From positions 372,001 to 436,000 of the forward strand of contig NW_005202113.1 of NCBI RefSeq assembly GCF_000372725.1: 64,000 bases of DNA, written 5' to 3'. This DNA comes from Emiliania huxleyi CCMP1516 (taxonomy: Eukaryota). The notes under the pieces were generated by a model. The model searched no databases and was not told the DNA's origin. It saw nothing but the letters and a program-made list of their open reading frames with translations. Positions 10,713 to 22,217 of the stretch are shown piece by piece. The translations under genes and the position numbers were made by a program. How positions within the stretch are numbered: position 1 is the first letter of the stretch; each line of letters starts with the position of its first letter.

Positions 10713-13524
10713 ATGGGCGCCGGCGCCGCCAAGCAGCCGACAGCGCCCCTGCTGGACCGGCTCACAGGCCGAGAGCCCATCCCATCGGACGATCGCTTCT
10801 GGCAGGAGCTGCTGGCGTCGGCCGTCTCTTTGCCCGCCGGCAGCTCTGTGGAGGACGTCACCGCCATCTCGAGAGCGTACTGTGCGGAGCTGGTGCGGAA
10901 CAACCCACGCAGCGGCAACTTTGGGGCGCTGGCGGCTGCGATGGCCGAGCGGCTCGGCCGCGCCACAAGATCGGCGGCGACCGACACTGAGATGCAGCAG
11001 GCGTGCGGCGCCGTGTTCCTCCTCCGGACCTTCCTCAAGCACATGCTCGAGACGCTCGAGCCGGAGGACGTGGCCCTGCAGCTGCGGGGGCGCGACGTGG
11101 CGGCCGCCGCGCAGGCGCCCGGCTCGGCCTCCGCCGCGGCCGAGCCGGTGCAGGCCCGGCCTCCGGGCGGCTCCGAGGACACCGAGGCGGCTGTCGCGCG
11201 GTTGATTGTCGAGGCGCTGCTCGGCGCCGCGGCGAGTTGCCGGCTGGATGACGTGTCGTACGCGCTGCACATGGAGGTGCTCGCCGCGCTGACCGTCTGC
11301 CTCTCCGCCCAGCTCTTCTCCGAGCTCTCCGCCTCCGTGCCGCTGCCGACGGTGACGGCGGCGCTCGGCGCGCCTCCGCCGCTCGCAGAGGCGCTCGTCG
11401 CGCGGCTGCTCAAGCTCTACATCGACCAGCCGCCACGGCCAGCCAACCCCGAGGGGCGGCTGCTCGGCTCGATCGGCTCGATGCTCTGGCTACCGCTCCA
11501 GGACCGCCGCGCCGGCCTTGCGGTCCTGGGCGGAGCCGCGGGCGCGTCGCCACCCTGCCTCTCCCCTGTGTCTGCTGCAGGTCATCGCCTCCTTCTTCCG
11601 CGCGCAGGAGCCGCCGGTCGAGCTGGCGGACCGGTCGCTGCAGGTGCTGCTGCTGCTGACGCAGCACCTTCCTCCCGCCCTCTTCCCCGACCCGATGCTC
11701 TCCAACCACTTTCTCGCCGCGCTGCGGTGCGTGGGAGATGCCGACTCGGCGTGCGGCAGCGGCGCGGAGGCGGAAGAGGGGCGCGCGAGGCAGGGCGCGG
11801 GCTTCTCGGTGCGCAGGCTGCACGACGCGCTCTGCGCGCGGCTGCCCGAGGAGGCTACCCTCGTGCTGCTCTACCTCCTCCTCCACGGCAGCCCCGCCCG
11901 GATGCCGGCGGAGCTGTGAGAGGACCTGCAAGAGGACCTCGCCGCCCTCACTCGGCGCCCTCCGCTGTGGGCAGGCAACCGCGAGCTGCTCGACCACGCG
12001 CTCTCGCGCTCGGACCCGGACGCGCTGCTGCTGCCGCTCCTGAGGACGCTGGCCGGCATGCTCTCGCCCGCGTGTCGGCTGCGCACGTCGCGGGTCTGTG
12101 CACGCGCCTCGCCACACGCCGGTCGCTGCCCCACGACTGCGAGACCTCGAGACTCGACCAAGCCCATCCGACTGCCTGATCAGGTCTACATGCTGCTCAT
12201 CATCCTGCTGATGCTCTCGCAAGACGGCGGCTTCGTCTCGACCGCCCACGCCGTGATGCTGCCCACGGTGCCGTGGTTCAAGGAGCGGCCCCCGCGCGCC
12301 CAGGCCAGGCGCGGCTCCGCCCGTGGGTGGCGTCCCGTCACCGCTCCCCGCGCGGAGTAGGAGCGGCTGCTGCACGACATCTCGGTCGGCTCCCTGCTGG
12401 TTGTGGTCCTCGTCCGCACCACCCAGTACAACCTCTCGCGCTTGCAAGACCTCTACGTGCAGACCAACTGCCTCGCGGCGCTCGCTAACATGGCGCCGTG
12501 CTTCAAGCGGATCCACCCCTACGCGGCGCGCGACACGCCGCACGAGGGCGGCGCGAAGAGGAGCCGCACACCTTCCCTCTCTCCCCCTCCGAGCCGTAGG
12601 CGCGCTCCCTCGTCACGCTCTACGACGTCCTCGCGCGCCGCTTCCAGAAGCTCGAGGCGAGGCGGGCGCACGCGTCGCCGGTCGAGCTCGCAGACAGCGA
12701 GGAGCTCTCGGACGAGGCTGCCGCTCGGCCGCCGCCGACCGGGCGGGGAGACGGCCCGCCGCCCGACCCCTCTTCCCTTGCGCCACGCAGGCGCTCGGCT
12801 CGGCGGCTGACTTCCTGCGCATGGCGCTCGAGGTGCTCAACGTGGCGCTGGCGGCGCAGGCGGGCCTGCAGCAGAACGAGCACCTCGTGTACGCGATCCT
12901 CGAGAGGCAGCGCGTCTTCGCGCCGCTGCGCGGGCACGAGCTCTTCTGGGACCTGATCGAGAACGTCTTTCGCGTGATTGACCACTTTGGTGCCGGCTTG
13001 AGCGGGCAGGGCCCGGCTTCCACCAAGGAGTCGCCGCTGCAGCTCGACAAGGACAGCGACCGGCGCACGCCGCCGCTGCCCACGACGGCGCGCTCCTCCT
13101 CGGGGAGCGACGGCGTGTGGAGCGTCGACCTGGTGCTCGCGCACATCGGGGAGGCGTCGCGCAGCTGGAAGGCGCGGCGGCACCTTCGCCCCGCGGCGTG
13201 GAGATGGGTCCCGCCCCCCCTCCCTCCCGCCACCCCGCCACCCCGCTCTCCCTCCGCTCCTCGCCGCAGGCCGACAGCCTCGAGCACGTGCCGGACCCGC
13301 GCTTCACGTACGAGCAGGAGAGCGCGCCGGAGGAGTTCTTCACGCCCTACATCTGGTCGCTCGTGCGCGACCGGAGCGGGCTCGTGTGGGACCCCCTTCG
13401 CGTCGTCTTGCTCGCCGAGGAGCTCGACGACGAGCCCGCGGACGCGCTGCCCGCGCTCTTGCAAGGCGTCGACGTCGTGGAGGACGTGGACGAGCACGCC
13501 ACCGCGCCGGGGCCGCCCGCCTGA
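10713..13524 (+). CDS. DYM: Dymeclin (Dyggve-Melchior-Clausen protein homolog), multi-exon
   Basis: MG N-terminus, DDRFWQELL, ELVRNNPRSGNF, YMLLIILLMLSQD, DLYVQTNCLAALANMA and FTYEQESAPEEFFTPYIWSLV, spread across several frames separated by short introns. Confidence 0.92.
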
Positions 13525-13957
13525 GAGCGGGGCTGCTTGCCCTCCTGCATGGGGCGGGGCGGAGAGGGCGACGCGGCCCACAAACTAGGGAGGGGCCCGC
13601 AGGCCTTATAGTGGCGCGTGCGCGGCCGATCTCGCGAATGTGCTCCGTTCTCAGATTCATCATCGGACGAGACACGCGAGATGCCATGACTGACGAGCGA
13701 GGTGCTAGAAGGGTCATTTTTATGTTCTATTTTTATGCTTCGAGACACACACACTCACACAGGTCACAGTCACACACGTGCCTCGTGTGCGTCGTCTCTC
13801 TGACTCGAGTCTCAACGTCGGTGGTACGACTCTACGTGAGTCACAGGCACACACTATGCCCCTCAGTCTCTAGACGAGACGAATGGATTCACGCCAATAC
13901 AGGCGTGCGCCGACGGGCCTGAGCGAGGCTCGCAGTCTCGCCGCCCCCTCGGCCCAC

Positions 13958-15161
13958 TCACTTTCTCTTGCGCTGCTTCTCCTCCCACGTCCGCTTCATC
14001 TGCGCGACGAGGGACTGCATCGCCTTCGCGCGCTCCGACTGCCCCATCGCCTCGTACACGGTGGCGAGGTTGGAGAGCGAGGCGACCGTGTGCGGGTGGT
14101 CGTGGCCTACAGCAGGGCGCCCGCCGATGAGAAGGAGACGCCGCTCGAGGCGCGGCGCGGCCGCCGCTCACCGAGCGTGCGCTGCTGGATCTTGCTCGCC
14201 TGCTCGAGGAGGGGCTCCGCCTCGCCGTACCGGCCGAGCGCCTGGTAGAGCGTGGCGACGTTGTTCATCGCCGTCGCGTACTCGTGGTGGTTGTGCCTAG
14301 TGGGGCCGCGGACACGTCGTGGACGCGTCCCGGACAGGCGGGAGGCGCCCTGCTGGTGGCTGTGCCCATACGACTCGCCGAGCAAGCGCAGCTGCTGCTC
14401 CGCCACGCTGAGGGCGTCGGCGTACCGCCCAGAGTTGAAGAGCCGGTGCACCTTTGGGGCGGGGGGTACGCGGTGCAGGGCCGGGGGAGGCGGCAGGCCA
14501 CGGGCGGTGGGCTGCCCTAGGCCCCACTGCCCCCAGGCCCCACTGCCCCAGGCCCCACTGCCCTATGGCCCCCTGCCCTAGGCCCCCTGCCCTATGGCCC
14601 CCTGCCCTAGGCCCCACTGCCCCAGGCCCCACTGCCCTATGGCCCCCTGCCCTAGGCCCCACTGCCCTAGGGCCCCCTGCCCCGAAAGTCCCCTGCCCGA
14701 GCTGCGCGGCAGCACTCGCGCGCGCCTCGGTCCCGAGCCGCTTGGACTCGGCCGCCACGGCCTCGCGCTGCGCGGGGTCGAGCGGCGGCGGCGAGTCCGA
14801 CGCCGCGGCGGCCGACGGAGGCCCCGCCGCTCCGCCCGCCGCCGGCTCGGGCTTCTTTCGCCCTCCAAACAGGCTCCAGCCTCCGCCGCCGCCGGCCGCG
14901 CCCCTCGAGGCGGCATAGTCGGGCACGCCGGGGGGAGGAGCTCCGGAGGCGGCGCCGCCGGACCCGCCCACCCCCGAGCCGGCCGTCCACTGCGCCACCT
15001 ACAGGGGTCAGCTCTCTCCACTCCCGCCCCGCCGCCCCTCGAGGCGGCTTCCCGCCGCTCTAGAGCCGCGGCTGCCTCGGCGTCGCCCCACCCTCCTCCC
15101 GGCACGCCTCTCGCCGGCGGCGCCGCCGGCGGGGGGTTGGGCGTCGACGCCGCAGCATCGC

Positions 15162-15219
<58 letters not shown>

Positions 15220-15900
15220 AGGCGATGCGGCGGCCGCCCGGCCGCCGCCTTGTGCGGCCCTCGCCTGCGCGAGCTCGCTGCTCTCTGCGGGCTCGTCGCG
15301 CGCGAAGCCGGGCCGCGTGACGGAGCGCTTCTTCTTCTTCTTCGAGTCGTCGCCGCCGGCGCTGCCGCCGAGGCCGCCTCCCCCGCAGAGCGACTGGATC
15401 GCGCCGCTCCCGCCGCCGGCCGACATCGTCGGCGCCGCGGGTGGTGTGCAGGCGTAGGCGGACGACGCTGCCGCCGGCGACGGCTGTGCGAGGTAGCCAA
15501 AGCCGTCGCCCGGCACGATGCCGCCCGCGGTGGTGGCAGCGGCCGACGCCGCGCAGGATGGTAGCGGTGACTGCGCCGGTCCGCCACCGCCACCGCCATC
15601 GCCACCGCCCGCCTCGTCGAGCTCCGCCGAGAGGAACGCAACCTCCTCCTCGAGGTCGGCCTTCTCGCGGCGCAGCCTCGCAACCTCGGCCTTGAGCGCG
15701 TCCCGCTCCTCCCGGCACGCCTCCGCCGCCGTCAGCTGCACCCGCATCGCGGCGAGCTGCTGCTGCAGCCGCGCCGTCTCCGTAGCGGAGTCGGCCTGGG
15801 CGGCGCGCGCCTCCGCCTCCTCCTGCCACATCGCCGCCTCCTCCTGCGCCGCCTCCAACTCCGACTTTAGCTCGGCGAGCTGGGCCTCGAGGTCGGTCAT
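13958..15900 (-). CDS. Coiled-coil / Pro-rich / TPR (kinesin-light-chain-type TPR) protein, multi-exon
   Basis: N-terminal heptads MTDLEAQLAELKSELE and a poly-Pro tract. TPRs include HHEYATAMNNVATLYQALGRYGEAEPLLEQA and HPHTVASLSNLATVYEAMG. Stop follows ..EEKQRKRK. Confidence 0.75.
14512..14700. repeat. Intronic 14-15-bp minisatellite (GGCCCC[A]CTGCCCTA-type)
   Basis: About 12 imperfect head-to-tail units, no unique spacers. Confidence 0.9.
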
Positions 15901-15974
15901 ACTGGCAGGAGTAGTAGTTTTCGGTCGATGTCGACACAGAGGCCAGCGGCGCCGAAAAAAGGAACATCGCGGAA

Positions 15975-16809
15975 CTGCACGATCTCCAGGCGGGGGAGGC
16001 GGTCAGCGCCGCCTCCCTGCCGGTGCGGGCCGTCAGCGTACACTGTGAAGCCATGCTGCCCTCCCGAGGTCTCTGATAAGAGAAGGTTCCCGGAAGTCTC
16101 CACTTTCTGGCGCTTGGCTCGGTCCCCCGCGAAAGACACCTGCGGGGGCGCAAGCGCGCCGCTGACGCCCGAGGGGGCAAGGCGGCTCGCGGCAGCTTCC
16201 CATGCCGCCTCCGCCTCTGCGCCCTTGGGTGCGGGCCCTCGGCGGGAAGGGGCTTCACTCGCCGCTTCCGCCTCTACCCCCTGGTGAACCCCCGGGGTGG
16301 CCCTGGTGATGGGTAAGCGTGCCTCCTCCTCCCGCGCGGCCCTTGACCCCGGGCCGCCGGGAAGCTCGAGGCCCCCACTCATGTAGCGTCTCTTCACTCG
16401 GATGCTCTGAACGGGTTTTTACTTCTCACACCATTAAAGAAAGAAATACAAAAAGCCCCCCCACTTAAATCGGCCAGCCGCCACTCCGCTTGTGGCTCGG
16501 CCGATTTTGCCCGAGTGGTCAATTCCCCCCACACACTTACTTAGACGAGACACGATCTCTATCTCAACATATCTCCTTCGACGCCGCATTTCCAAGTTTG
16601 GTGCCCGAGTGGTCAACTATGACCAAACTTGGTCGGTTATAACCGATGGCGTCCACTCGATCGAACCTCGAGACCCCAGTTCGAGACCGAGTCTCGAATC
16701 TGTGTCATAATGCGGTTCGTATGCGTACGTCCGTGTGTGTGTGTGTGTGTGTGTGTGGTGGGGGGGGAAACACGTGTGAACACAGTGTGTGTGAATTCAG
16801 GACGAGCAG
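15975..16809 (-). repeat. 3' LTR (835 bp)
   Basis: Matches 21810-22644 at a constant 5835-bp offset. Begins CTGC, ends GCAG and contains a (GT)n tract. Confidence 0.95.
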
Positions 16810-16811
16810 AT

Positions 16812-16822
16812 CACCCCCTCAA
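16812..16822 (-). promoter_or_regulatory. Polypurine tract
   Basis: Minus strand reads TTGAGGGGGTG, 2 nt before the 3' LTR; Copia-like PPT. Confidence 0.8.
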
Positions 16823-16888
16823 CGGTTAGCCGATGCACAGGCATCCTAACACGTTGCACCCCCTTAGCTCGTTCGCCATCGCCTTACC

Positions 16889-17020
16889 CTAGGAGACGAC
16901 GAAAGCCCGCAACGGGTGGAATGTGGCCGCGGGAAGTGGCTTCGTGAACAAGTCAGCCAGCTGTCCCGTCGTCCGGATGTGGATGAGCTTCACCCTCTTG
17001 GTCTCTTTGACTTGCTCTAG
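16889..17020 (-). pseudogene. Copia RNase H C-terminal remnant
   Basis: Translated by hand, out of frame with the long ORF: EQVKETKRVKLIHIRTTGQLADLFTKPLPAATFHPLRAFVVS*. Confidence 0.88.
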
Positions 17021-20000
17021 GCGTCGGTGGCGCAGGCCCGAGGGTATATTCAGAGATACCCTCTACATTAGCCCACGCTGTGAAGCGCGCCAACCATTCG
17101 GCCATAAGCTGGGGCGTGATATTCTCCCCCTCGAGCCTTGGGATCCCGTCGTCGTACGTGCGGGTCACTCGAGCCGAGAGGGATGTGCGGGCGGCCCTGC
17201 CCTCGTCAGCCCTAGGTTCATTGCCAAGGGCGGAGGTGATGCTAGAGGTTATGCTCTGGGCTATGGCCCGATTGCTCTCCGTCATGCCACGGATGAGCTG
17301 GCCCATGTCGGCAAAGGTGGGTTGACCTCCGTCCTGCAGGCCTCCACGCCGAGCGTCGGGCTGGTCGCCAGACGGCTGATTGCCGCGCCTCTCGCCGGCG
17401 CTGGCACCTTCGCCTTGGGCGCGCCCCTGTGGTGCACCCCCTTGCGTGGACGGGGGCCCTTGTCCGAGCTCCTGTGGCGCACTCCCTCGCGTGGACGGGG
17501 GTCGATCGCCATCACCACGTGGCGGGTCACTCTCACTCGTACCGGCGGCGGGAGGTGAGCCCTCGGCGGGCTGGTTGAGGTCCAACGCGCTTTCTGCTGC
17601 CGTGTCGGCGGGCGCACCGCCTGTCCCGAGTGCCCCCTCGCCAGGTTCGGCCGCTTCATCCGACGTCGCAGTAGCAAGCTGTCGGATGAGTCCCGGTGCA
17701 CCTTGCTGCTGCTCGCCACTGGCGCCATCGGGGGGCTCGTCGCCGTCGTTCGCGCGTGACGCCGCCCTAGTGGTCATTGTGTTACCCCAAAGGGCATGGC
17801 AGAGCGCATTCCATGCTCGGTGGCTGAGCGCCCAAAGATAGTAGTAGAGCGTCCCAGTCGGCTCGGCACTGAGTGCCGTCGGGGCGCCGTGTGGCAGAGG
17901 GCCGTGTGACGGAGAGGTGGGCGAGCGATTCATGCCACGCGGCCGAGTAGGCGGGCTAGGGTACGCCTCTCCTTCTACGCGCCACACCCCATAATCGGGG
18001 CCCTTGGGGGGGGTCGGGGTGCGGCGTAGATCGCTCGAGACGAGGAGGGTGCTCGAGTGTCGTGTATAGTGCATCGAGTCCGCCCGTCGCTGGTCGCGTA
18101 GCGCTGTCGGGCGCCAGACCGTCTGTGGCTCGATAGGCCGGAAAGTGTGGCGCCTCTCGGGCCATGCGCGGTTCGAGTGGTCGGGCGAATACCTTGGCTG
18201 CCCCCAATTTGAACGCGGGCGCCTCCAGGGGCCGGACTCGTGGCGCCGGTCACTTGTTCGCTGAAGGCGCCAAAAAATGGTTGATTGGCGATTGCGCCGC
18301 CTTGCAGGCGTCACGTAGGGTGGCTGACCATCATAGTCGGCCCCGTTGTACCCGCCGTCGTGGTACGGATCTGTCATGAAGACCTTGATCGATGCTGGCT
18401 CCCGAATGTGGGTCCAGGTCGCACAGGTTGGGTCGGCGCAAGTGGCCATCCCGAGGGTCGAGGGGGCTCCATCTACAGGCGAGAGGCCTGCGGCGGTCTC
18501 TTTCTGAGAATAGCCCTCTCTGCATGAACAAATCCCCTCACACGACGCCAGAGCACCACAGTCACAGACTGGACCAGTGGCACACGACTTTGGAGGGGAC
18601 ATGGGAGTACGAGGCGCGCTCGCCTCTAAGGCGGAGACTGCTGCTGCTTCTGCAGACTGTCTCGATGGTGTCGCTGCCTCATCTCGGAAATCGAGCGCGC
18701 GTGCGCGCAGCATGCTGCTTGGTGCCTCCTCGGGGAGGAGAGACGCGTTGCGAACCTCCCCATCAGGCGTAGGCTTCCTCGGACACGTCGAAGATGTGGT
18801 CCGAGTCGGTCCTGCGAGGGGGAGTTTGTGAGCAGGGCATCTAAGGTGAGCATCTAGCGGGCACGCGTACGGTTCAATCGTGAATTCGAAGCCATCCGGG
18901 TCCGCCAGCACGAGGCGGAGCATGTACTTGACCGCCAGGCGCCACATCTTGGCGAAGTAGAGGCCTCCCAGCTCGCCTCGCGTGCACTTGGTGAAGGTGG
19001 GCAGAGCGGCCGTGTGGGGTCCGTCCACGGAGGTAGCCGGGTCCTCAAACGACTTGCCCGCCAGCGTGCCAAGCTTGAGGCCGGTGGTGAGGTAGGCCTT
19101 GATCATCATGCGCGCGTAGAGGGCCCACTGGAAGATCTCCTTGCCCTCGATCGCGCCGTGCTCGATCGACAGCGCGACCTGCTCAACGGGGCCGCGGAGC
19201 ACGGCGAGGAACTCTTGGATGTCGTCCAGCGTGAGCTGGATGGCGCCGCGGCCGGACATGCAGGCCATCAGGAGCGCGTAGTGGAGGATGTTCTTGGCCC
19301 AGCCGCGCGCCTCCTTGCCCGGGATGAGCCCCTCGGGCGAGTAGGTGCCGATGCGCGACTTGGCGCCGATCAGCTCGTTGCTCGGGTCGCAGCGGAACTC
19401 CGCACCCTCGGGCGGCACGGGCTTGTTGGCGGTGATGAGGCCGCTGACCTTCTCGAGGTTCGAGACGTCGGTCGCGGTGGTCACGAGGTTGGAGTACATC
19501 TCCCCGAGGACCGCGTCCGCGGTGACGACGAGGGAGCGCCGCTGGCTCTCGGCAATCCGCCGGTCCGCCGCCTTGGCCGTGGCGGCGGTGGGCTCTGGGC
19601 CCACCTTTTGGCGCGCGAGAGGCTTGTCCTCGTCCTCGTCGGTCCCCTCGCCCGACTCCTCGTCCGACCCCTTGTACGGCTCCTCGGGCGGGCTCAGCCC
19701 GCAAGTGGTGGGCTCACCGCCCTGGGATGACGGGCAGAGCTGGTGGTCAGTGCCGCAGCTGACGGAAGCATCCTTGGAGGCGGGGAGCAGGGTGGCCTGC
19801 ACGACAGGCTCCTCCGTGGGGTCCGCCACGGGCGGCCCAGGTGAGGGCGGCTCGACAGACGACCGCGAGTTGTTGGAGGTGCAGGTGAGGGCGAGCATAG
19901 GGCGAGTAGGGAGCAAAACGCCCGCTGGAGGTGGCAAACCGACTTTACCATAGGATTCGCCCGAGTTGTTAGCATCCGTAATCATCTCCGCTGGTGGTGA

Positions 20001-22217
20001 GGGTGGAATCGAGACATTTTCGCCCTCAAATGCGCCCGTCTCGACCTTTTCGTCCACCACTATGCCCGCCACCAGCATCGCATTTTGCCGCGTGAGAGCG
20101 GGCACATCTGGAGCGGGAGATTCGGTCCAATCAGGCGACGTGATGAGTGGGCAATCAGGCAAATTGATTACGTCCTCGAGGTCATCTCGGAACTTGCTGT
20201 TCCAGTGGCCCATTTCGCGCGGCCTGTTCACCAGCTCTTCGAGGAGCCATTCCAGGTCGGCGATCTGCACGAGGGGGCGCCATGCCATATCCTTCAGGTA
20301 GGCGCCCGCCGCCTCGAAGTCATCAGAGCAGGTGACGACTCTGAACGCACTGACATCGAAGACAGAGAGTAGCGCGGCTGTGCCAAGCGCCGTCGTGCGA
20401 GAGTCAGCCTCGGCAAGCTGCTCAAGGAGGAGGGGCCGGCTAAGCAGGCGTGCGTGAATGGCGGCAGCGAGATAGCCCTCCATGGCGGCCCAAATCGTAG
20501 AGCGACATGTGGCATAGGTGCAACCATGCGCATCGCCTCCTCCGCAGCTTCCATCGCAGAAGCTGTGGTGAATTACTCGCAATGCCTCTGCGTAAGCCAT
20601 GCGGCGGCGGTAGCCAGGGGCGCCGATTCCCTTGTGCTTAAGGTAGGCGCGTTGGATGATAATGGCCGCGGCGTGGAAAGGCGCATACTCGATCACAGAG
20701 TACCATGGCTCGAACACCTGCTCGGGGATACACTCCTCCGCCAGCTTCGAAGCTGGCGTCCCATAGTCGAGAATGGCGGTATTGCCACGAGGCTTGAGCC
20801 CAAAGCTGCGCAAAACACATTCGAGGTAGTCGCCATAGCATGGGCAGTACCACGAGGTCACATGCGTGGAATCGCCCTGGCAAGACTTGTCGAAGAAAGG
20901 CGGCAGGTGGTGGCCCGAGCGCATAGCCGAGCGCGTGCACGGGCCATTCAGGAAGAGCAGGTTGGGGTCGAGCGCGCCGTTGAGGGTGAGGGCGGCGTGC
21001 AAATCGTCGCGGGGGACGCCGTCCCGCCACTTTTCTTGCAACGCAATATTGGCCTCACGATGCATGTACCAGTCCAGGGATCGATCGTACCCGCATGCCT
21101 TCCATGTCTCGAAGGCCTGGGCCGCTAGTCGCTGGACGAGGGGCGGGTCATTCGCGCACAATACCTCGGTAAGGCGCTCGTAGAGCTCGGGCGAGACGGA
21201 GCCAAGGGGAACGAGGTCGCCGTGGCTCTCCGTCCAAAGTCCTTGCCCGTTGTGGCCCAGCCAGAAGGCGTCAAAGTCAGCAATCGACTCGACACCTACC
21301 CATTGTCCTCGTAGGTAGAGCCCCATGAACCGTGGTCCAGCCTTCTCAAGGAACTCAACAGGGATCGAAATGGGGCAGTCCGAGAAACGGCCCTTGAGTC
21401 GGGGGTCGTCTGGGATAACGCCAGCGAAAGACCTGGTAGGGGTCACCGTATCGATGCGTGAAACTGACTTGATTATTGCATATTCTCCGGAGAATTCGCT
21501 CTCACGCGTAATCTTGACGCGGTCGCCAATCTCCAGCCCTGAGCCGATTGAGACGCCGTGTGTCGTGTCCGGTCGTGCAGGCGCGAGGGGCGAGAGGCTC
21601 GTATGCATGGCGATGACCTCGCCTTGCTCGCCCAAAGGGTCGAGCGGGTTGTCGAATCCTGCGCCCACAGCTAATTCAGCCAAGCTCGGACGCTCGTCGC
21701 GGTCGGCAAAATGGTCGACAAAATGGTTGAACTCCTCTGACGTCGGCATCGGCCAGTCACCGTCGAAGGAGTCGGCAGGGTTTGCAGTAGCGACCCCGCC
21801 GCTACCAATCTGCACGATCTCCAGGCGGGGGAGGCGGTCAGCGCCGCCTCCCTGCCGGTGCGGGCCGTCAGCGTACACTGTGAAGCCATGCTGCCCTCCC
21901 GAGGTCTCTGATAAGAGAAGGTTCCCGGAAGTCTCCACTTTCTGGCGCTTGGCTCGGTCCCCCGCGAAAGACACCTGCGGGGGCGCAAGCGCGCCGCTGA
22001 CGCCCGAGGGGGCAAGGCGGCTCGCGGCAGCTTCCCATGCCGCCTCCGCCTCTGCGCCCTTGGGTGCGGGCCCTCGGCGGGAAGGGGCTTCACTCGCCGC
22101 TTCCGCCTCTACCCCCTGGTGAACCCCCGGGGTGGCCCTGGTGATGGGTAAGCGTGCCTCCTCCTCCCGCGCGGCCCTTGACCCCGGGCCGCCGGGAAGC
22201 TCGAGGCCCCCACTCAT
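16953..22217 (-). CDS. Giant element ORF: ~1480 aa unknown region fused in frame to truncated Copia Gag
   Basis: Stop-free for >5.2 kb, although much of it is less GC-rich than the host genes. First ATG lies inside the 5' LTR; the Gag-like part begins near MTTRAASR (~17778). Confidence 0.75.
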   Translation of the reverse strand: MSGGLELPGGPGSRAAREEEARLPITRATPGVHQGVEAEAASEAPSRRGPAPKGAEAEAAWEAAASRLAPSGVSGALAPPQVSFAGDRAKRQKVETSGNLLLSETSGGQHGFTVYADGPHRQGGGADRLPRLEIVQIGSGGVATANPADSFDGDWPMPTSEEFNHFVDHFADRDERPSLAELAVGAGFDNPLDPLGEQGEVIAMHTSLSPLAPARPDTTHGVSIGSGLEIGDRVKITRESEFSGEYAIIKSVSRIDTVTPTRSFAGVIPDDPRLKGRFSDCPISIPVEFLEKAGPRFMGLYLRGQWVGVESIADFDAFWLGHNGQGLWTESHGDLVPLGSVSPELYERLTEVLCANDPPLVQRLAAQAFETWKACGYDRSLDWYMHREANIALQEKWRDGVPRDDLHAALTLNGALDPNLLFLNGPCTRSAMRSGHHLPPFFDKSCQGDSTHVTSWYCPCYGDYLECVLRSFGLKPRGNTAILDYGTPASKLAEECIPEQVFEPWYSVIEYAPFHAAAIIIQRAYLKHKGIGAPGYRRRMAYAEALRVIHHSFCDGSCGGGDAHGCTYATCRSTIWAAMEGYLAAAIHARLLSRPLLLEQLAEADSRTTALGTAALLSVFDVSAFRVVTCSDDFEAAGAYLKDMAWRPLVQIADLEWLLEELVNRPREMGHWNSKFRDDLEDVINLPDCPLITSPDWTESPAPDVPALTRQNAMLVAGIVVDEKVETGAFEGENVSIPPSPPAEMITDANNSGESYGKVGLPPPAGVLLPTRPMLALTCTSNNSRSSVEPPSPGPPVADPTEEPVVQATLLPASKDASVSCGTDHQLCPSSQGGEPTTCGLSPPEEPYKGSDEESGEGTDEDEDKPLARQKVGPEPTAATAKAADRRIAESQRRSLVVTADAVLGEMYSNLVTTATDVSNLEKVSGLITANKPVPPEGAEFRCDPSNELIGAKSRIGTYSPEGLIPGKEARGWAKNILHYALLMACMSGRGAIQLTLDDIQEFLAVLRGPVEQVALSIEHGAIEGKEIFQWALYARMMIKAYLTTGLKLGTLAGKSFEDPATSVDGPHTAALPTFTKCTRGELGGLYFAKMWRLAVKYMLRLVLADPDGFEFTIEPYACPLDAHLRCPAHKLPLAGPTRTTSSTCPRKPTPDGEVRNASLLPEEAPSSMLRARALDFRDEAATPSRQSAEAAAVSALEASAPRTPMSPPKSCATGPVCDCGALASCEGICSCREGYSQKETAAGLSPVDGAPSTLGMATCADPTCATWTHIREPASIKVFMTDPYHDGGYNGADYDGQPPYVTPARRRNRQSTIFWRLQRTSDRRHESGPWRRPRSNWGQPRYSPDHSNRAWPERRHTFRPIEPQTVWRPTALRDQRRADSMHYTRHSSTLLVSSDLRRTPTPPKGPDYGVWRVEGEAYPSPPTRPRGMNRSPTSPSHGPLPHGAPTALSAEPTGTLYYYLWALSHRAWNALCHALWGNTMTTRAASRANDGDEPPDGASGEQQQGAPGLIRQLATATSDEAAEPGEGALGTGGAPADTAAESALDLNQPAEGSPPAAGTSESDPPRGDGDRPPSTRGSAPQELGQGPPSTQGGAPQGRAQGEGASAGERRGNQPSGDQPDARRGGLQDGGQPTFADMGQLIRGMTESNRAIAQSITSSITSALGNEPRADEGRAARTSLSARVTRTYDDGIPRLEGENITPQLMAEWLARFTAWANVEGISEYTLGPAPPTPRASQRDQEGEAHPHPDDGTAG
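21791..21807 (-). promoter_or_regulatory. Primer binding site
   Basis: Minus strand reads TGGTAGCGGCGGGGTCG, 2 nt after the 5' LTR; TGG is complementary to tRNA CCA. The priming tRNA was not identified. Confidence 0.75.

Noticed and set aside
14512..14700. Possible CRISPR array or collagen-like (GQGAIGQWGL) coding repeat
   Set aside because: No unique spacers, eukaryotic context, and it lies in a probable intron; it is a simple minisatellite.
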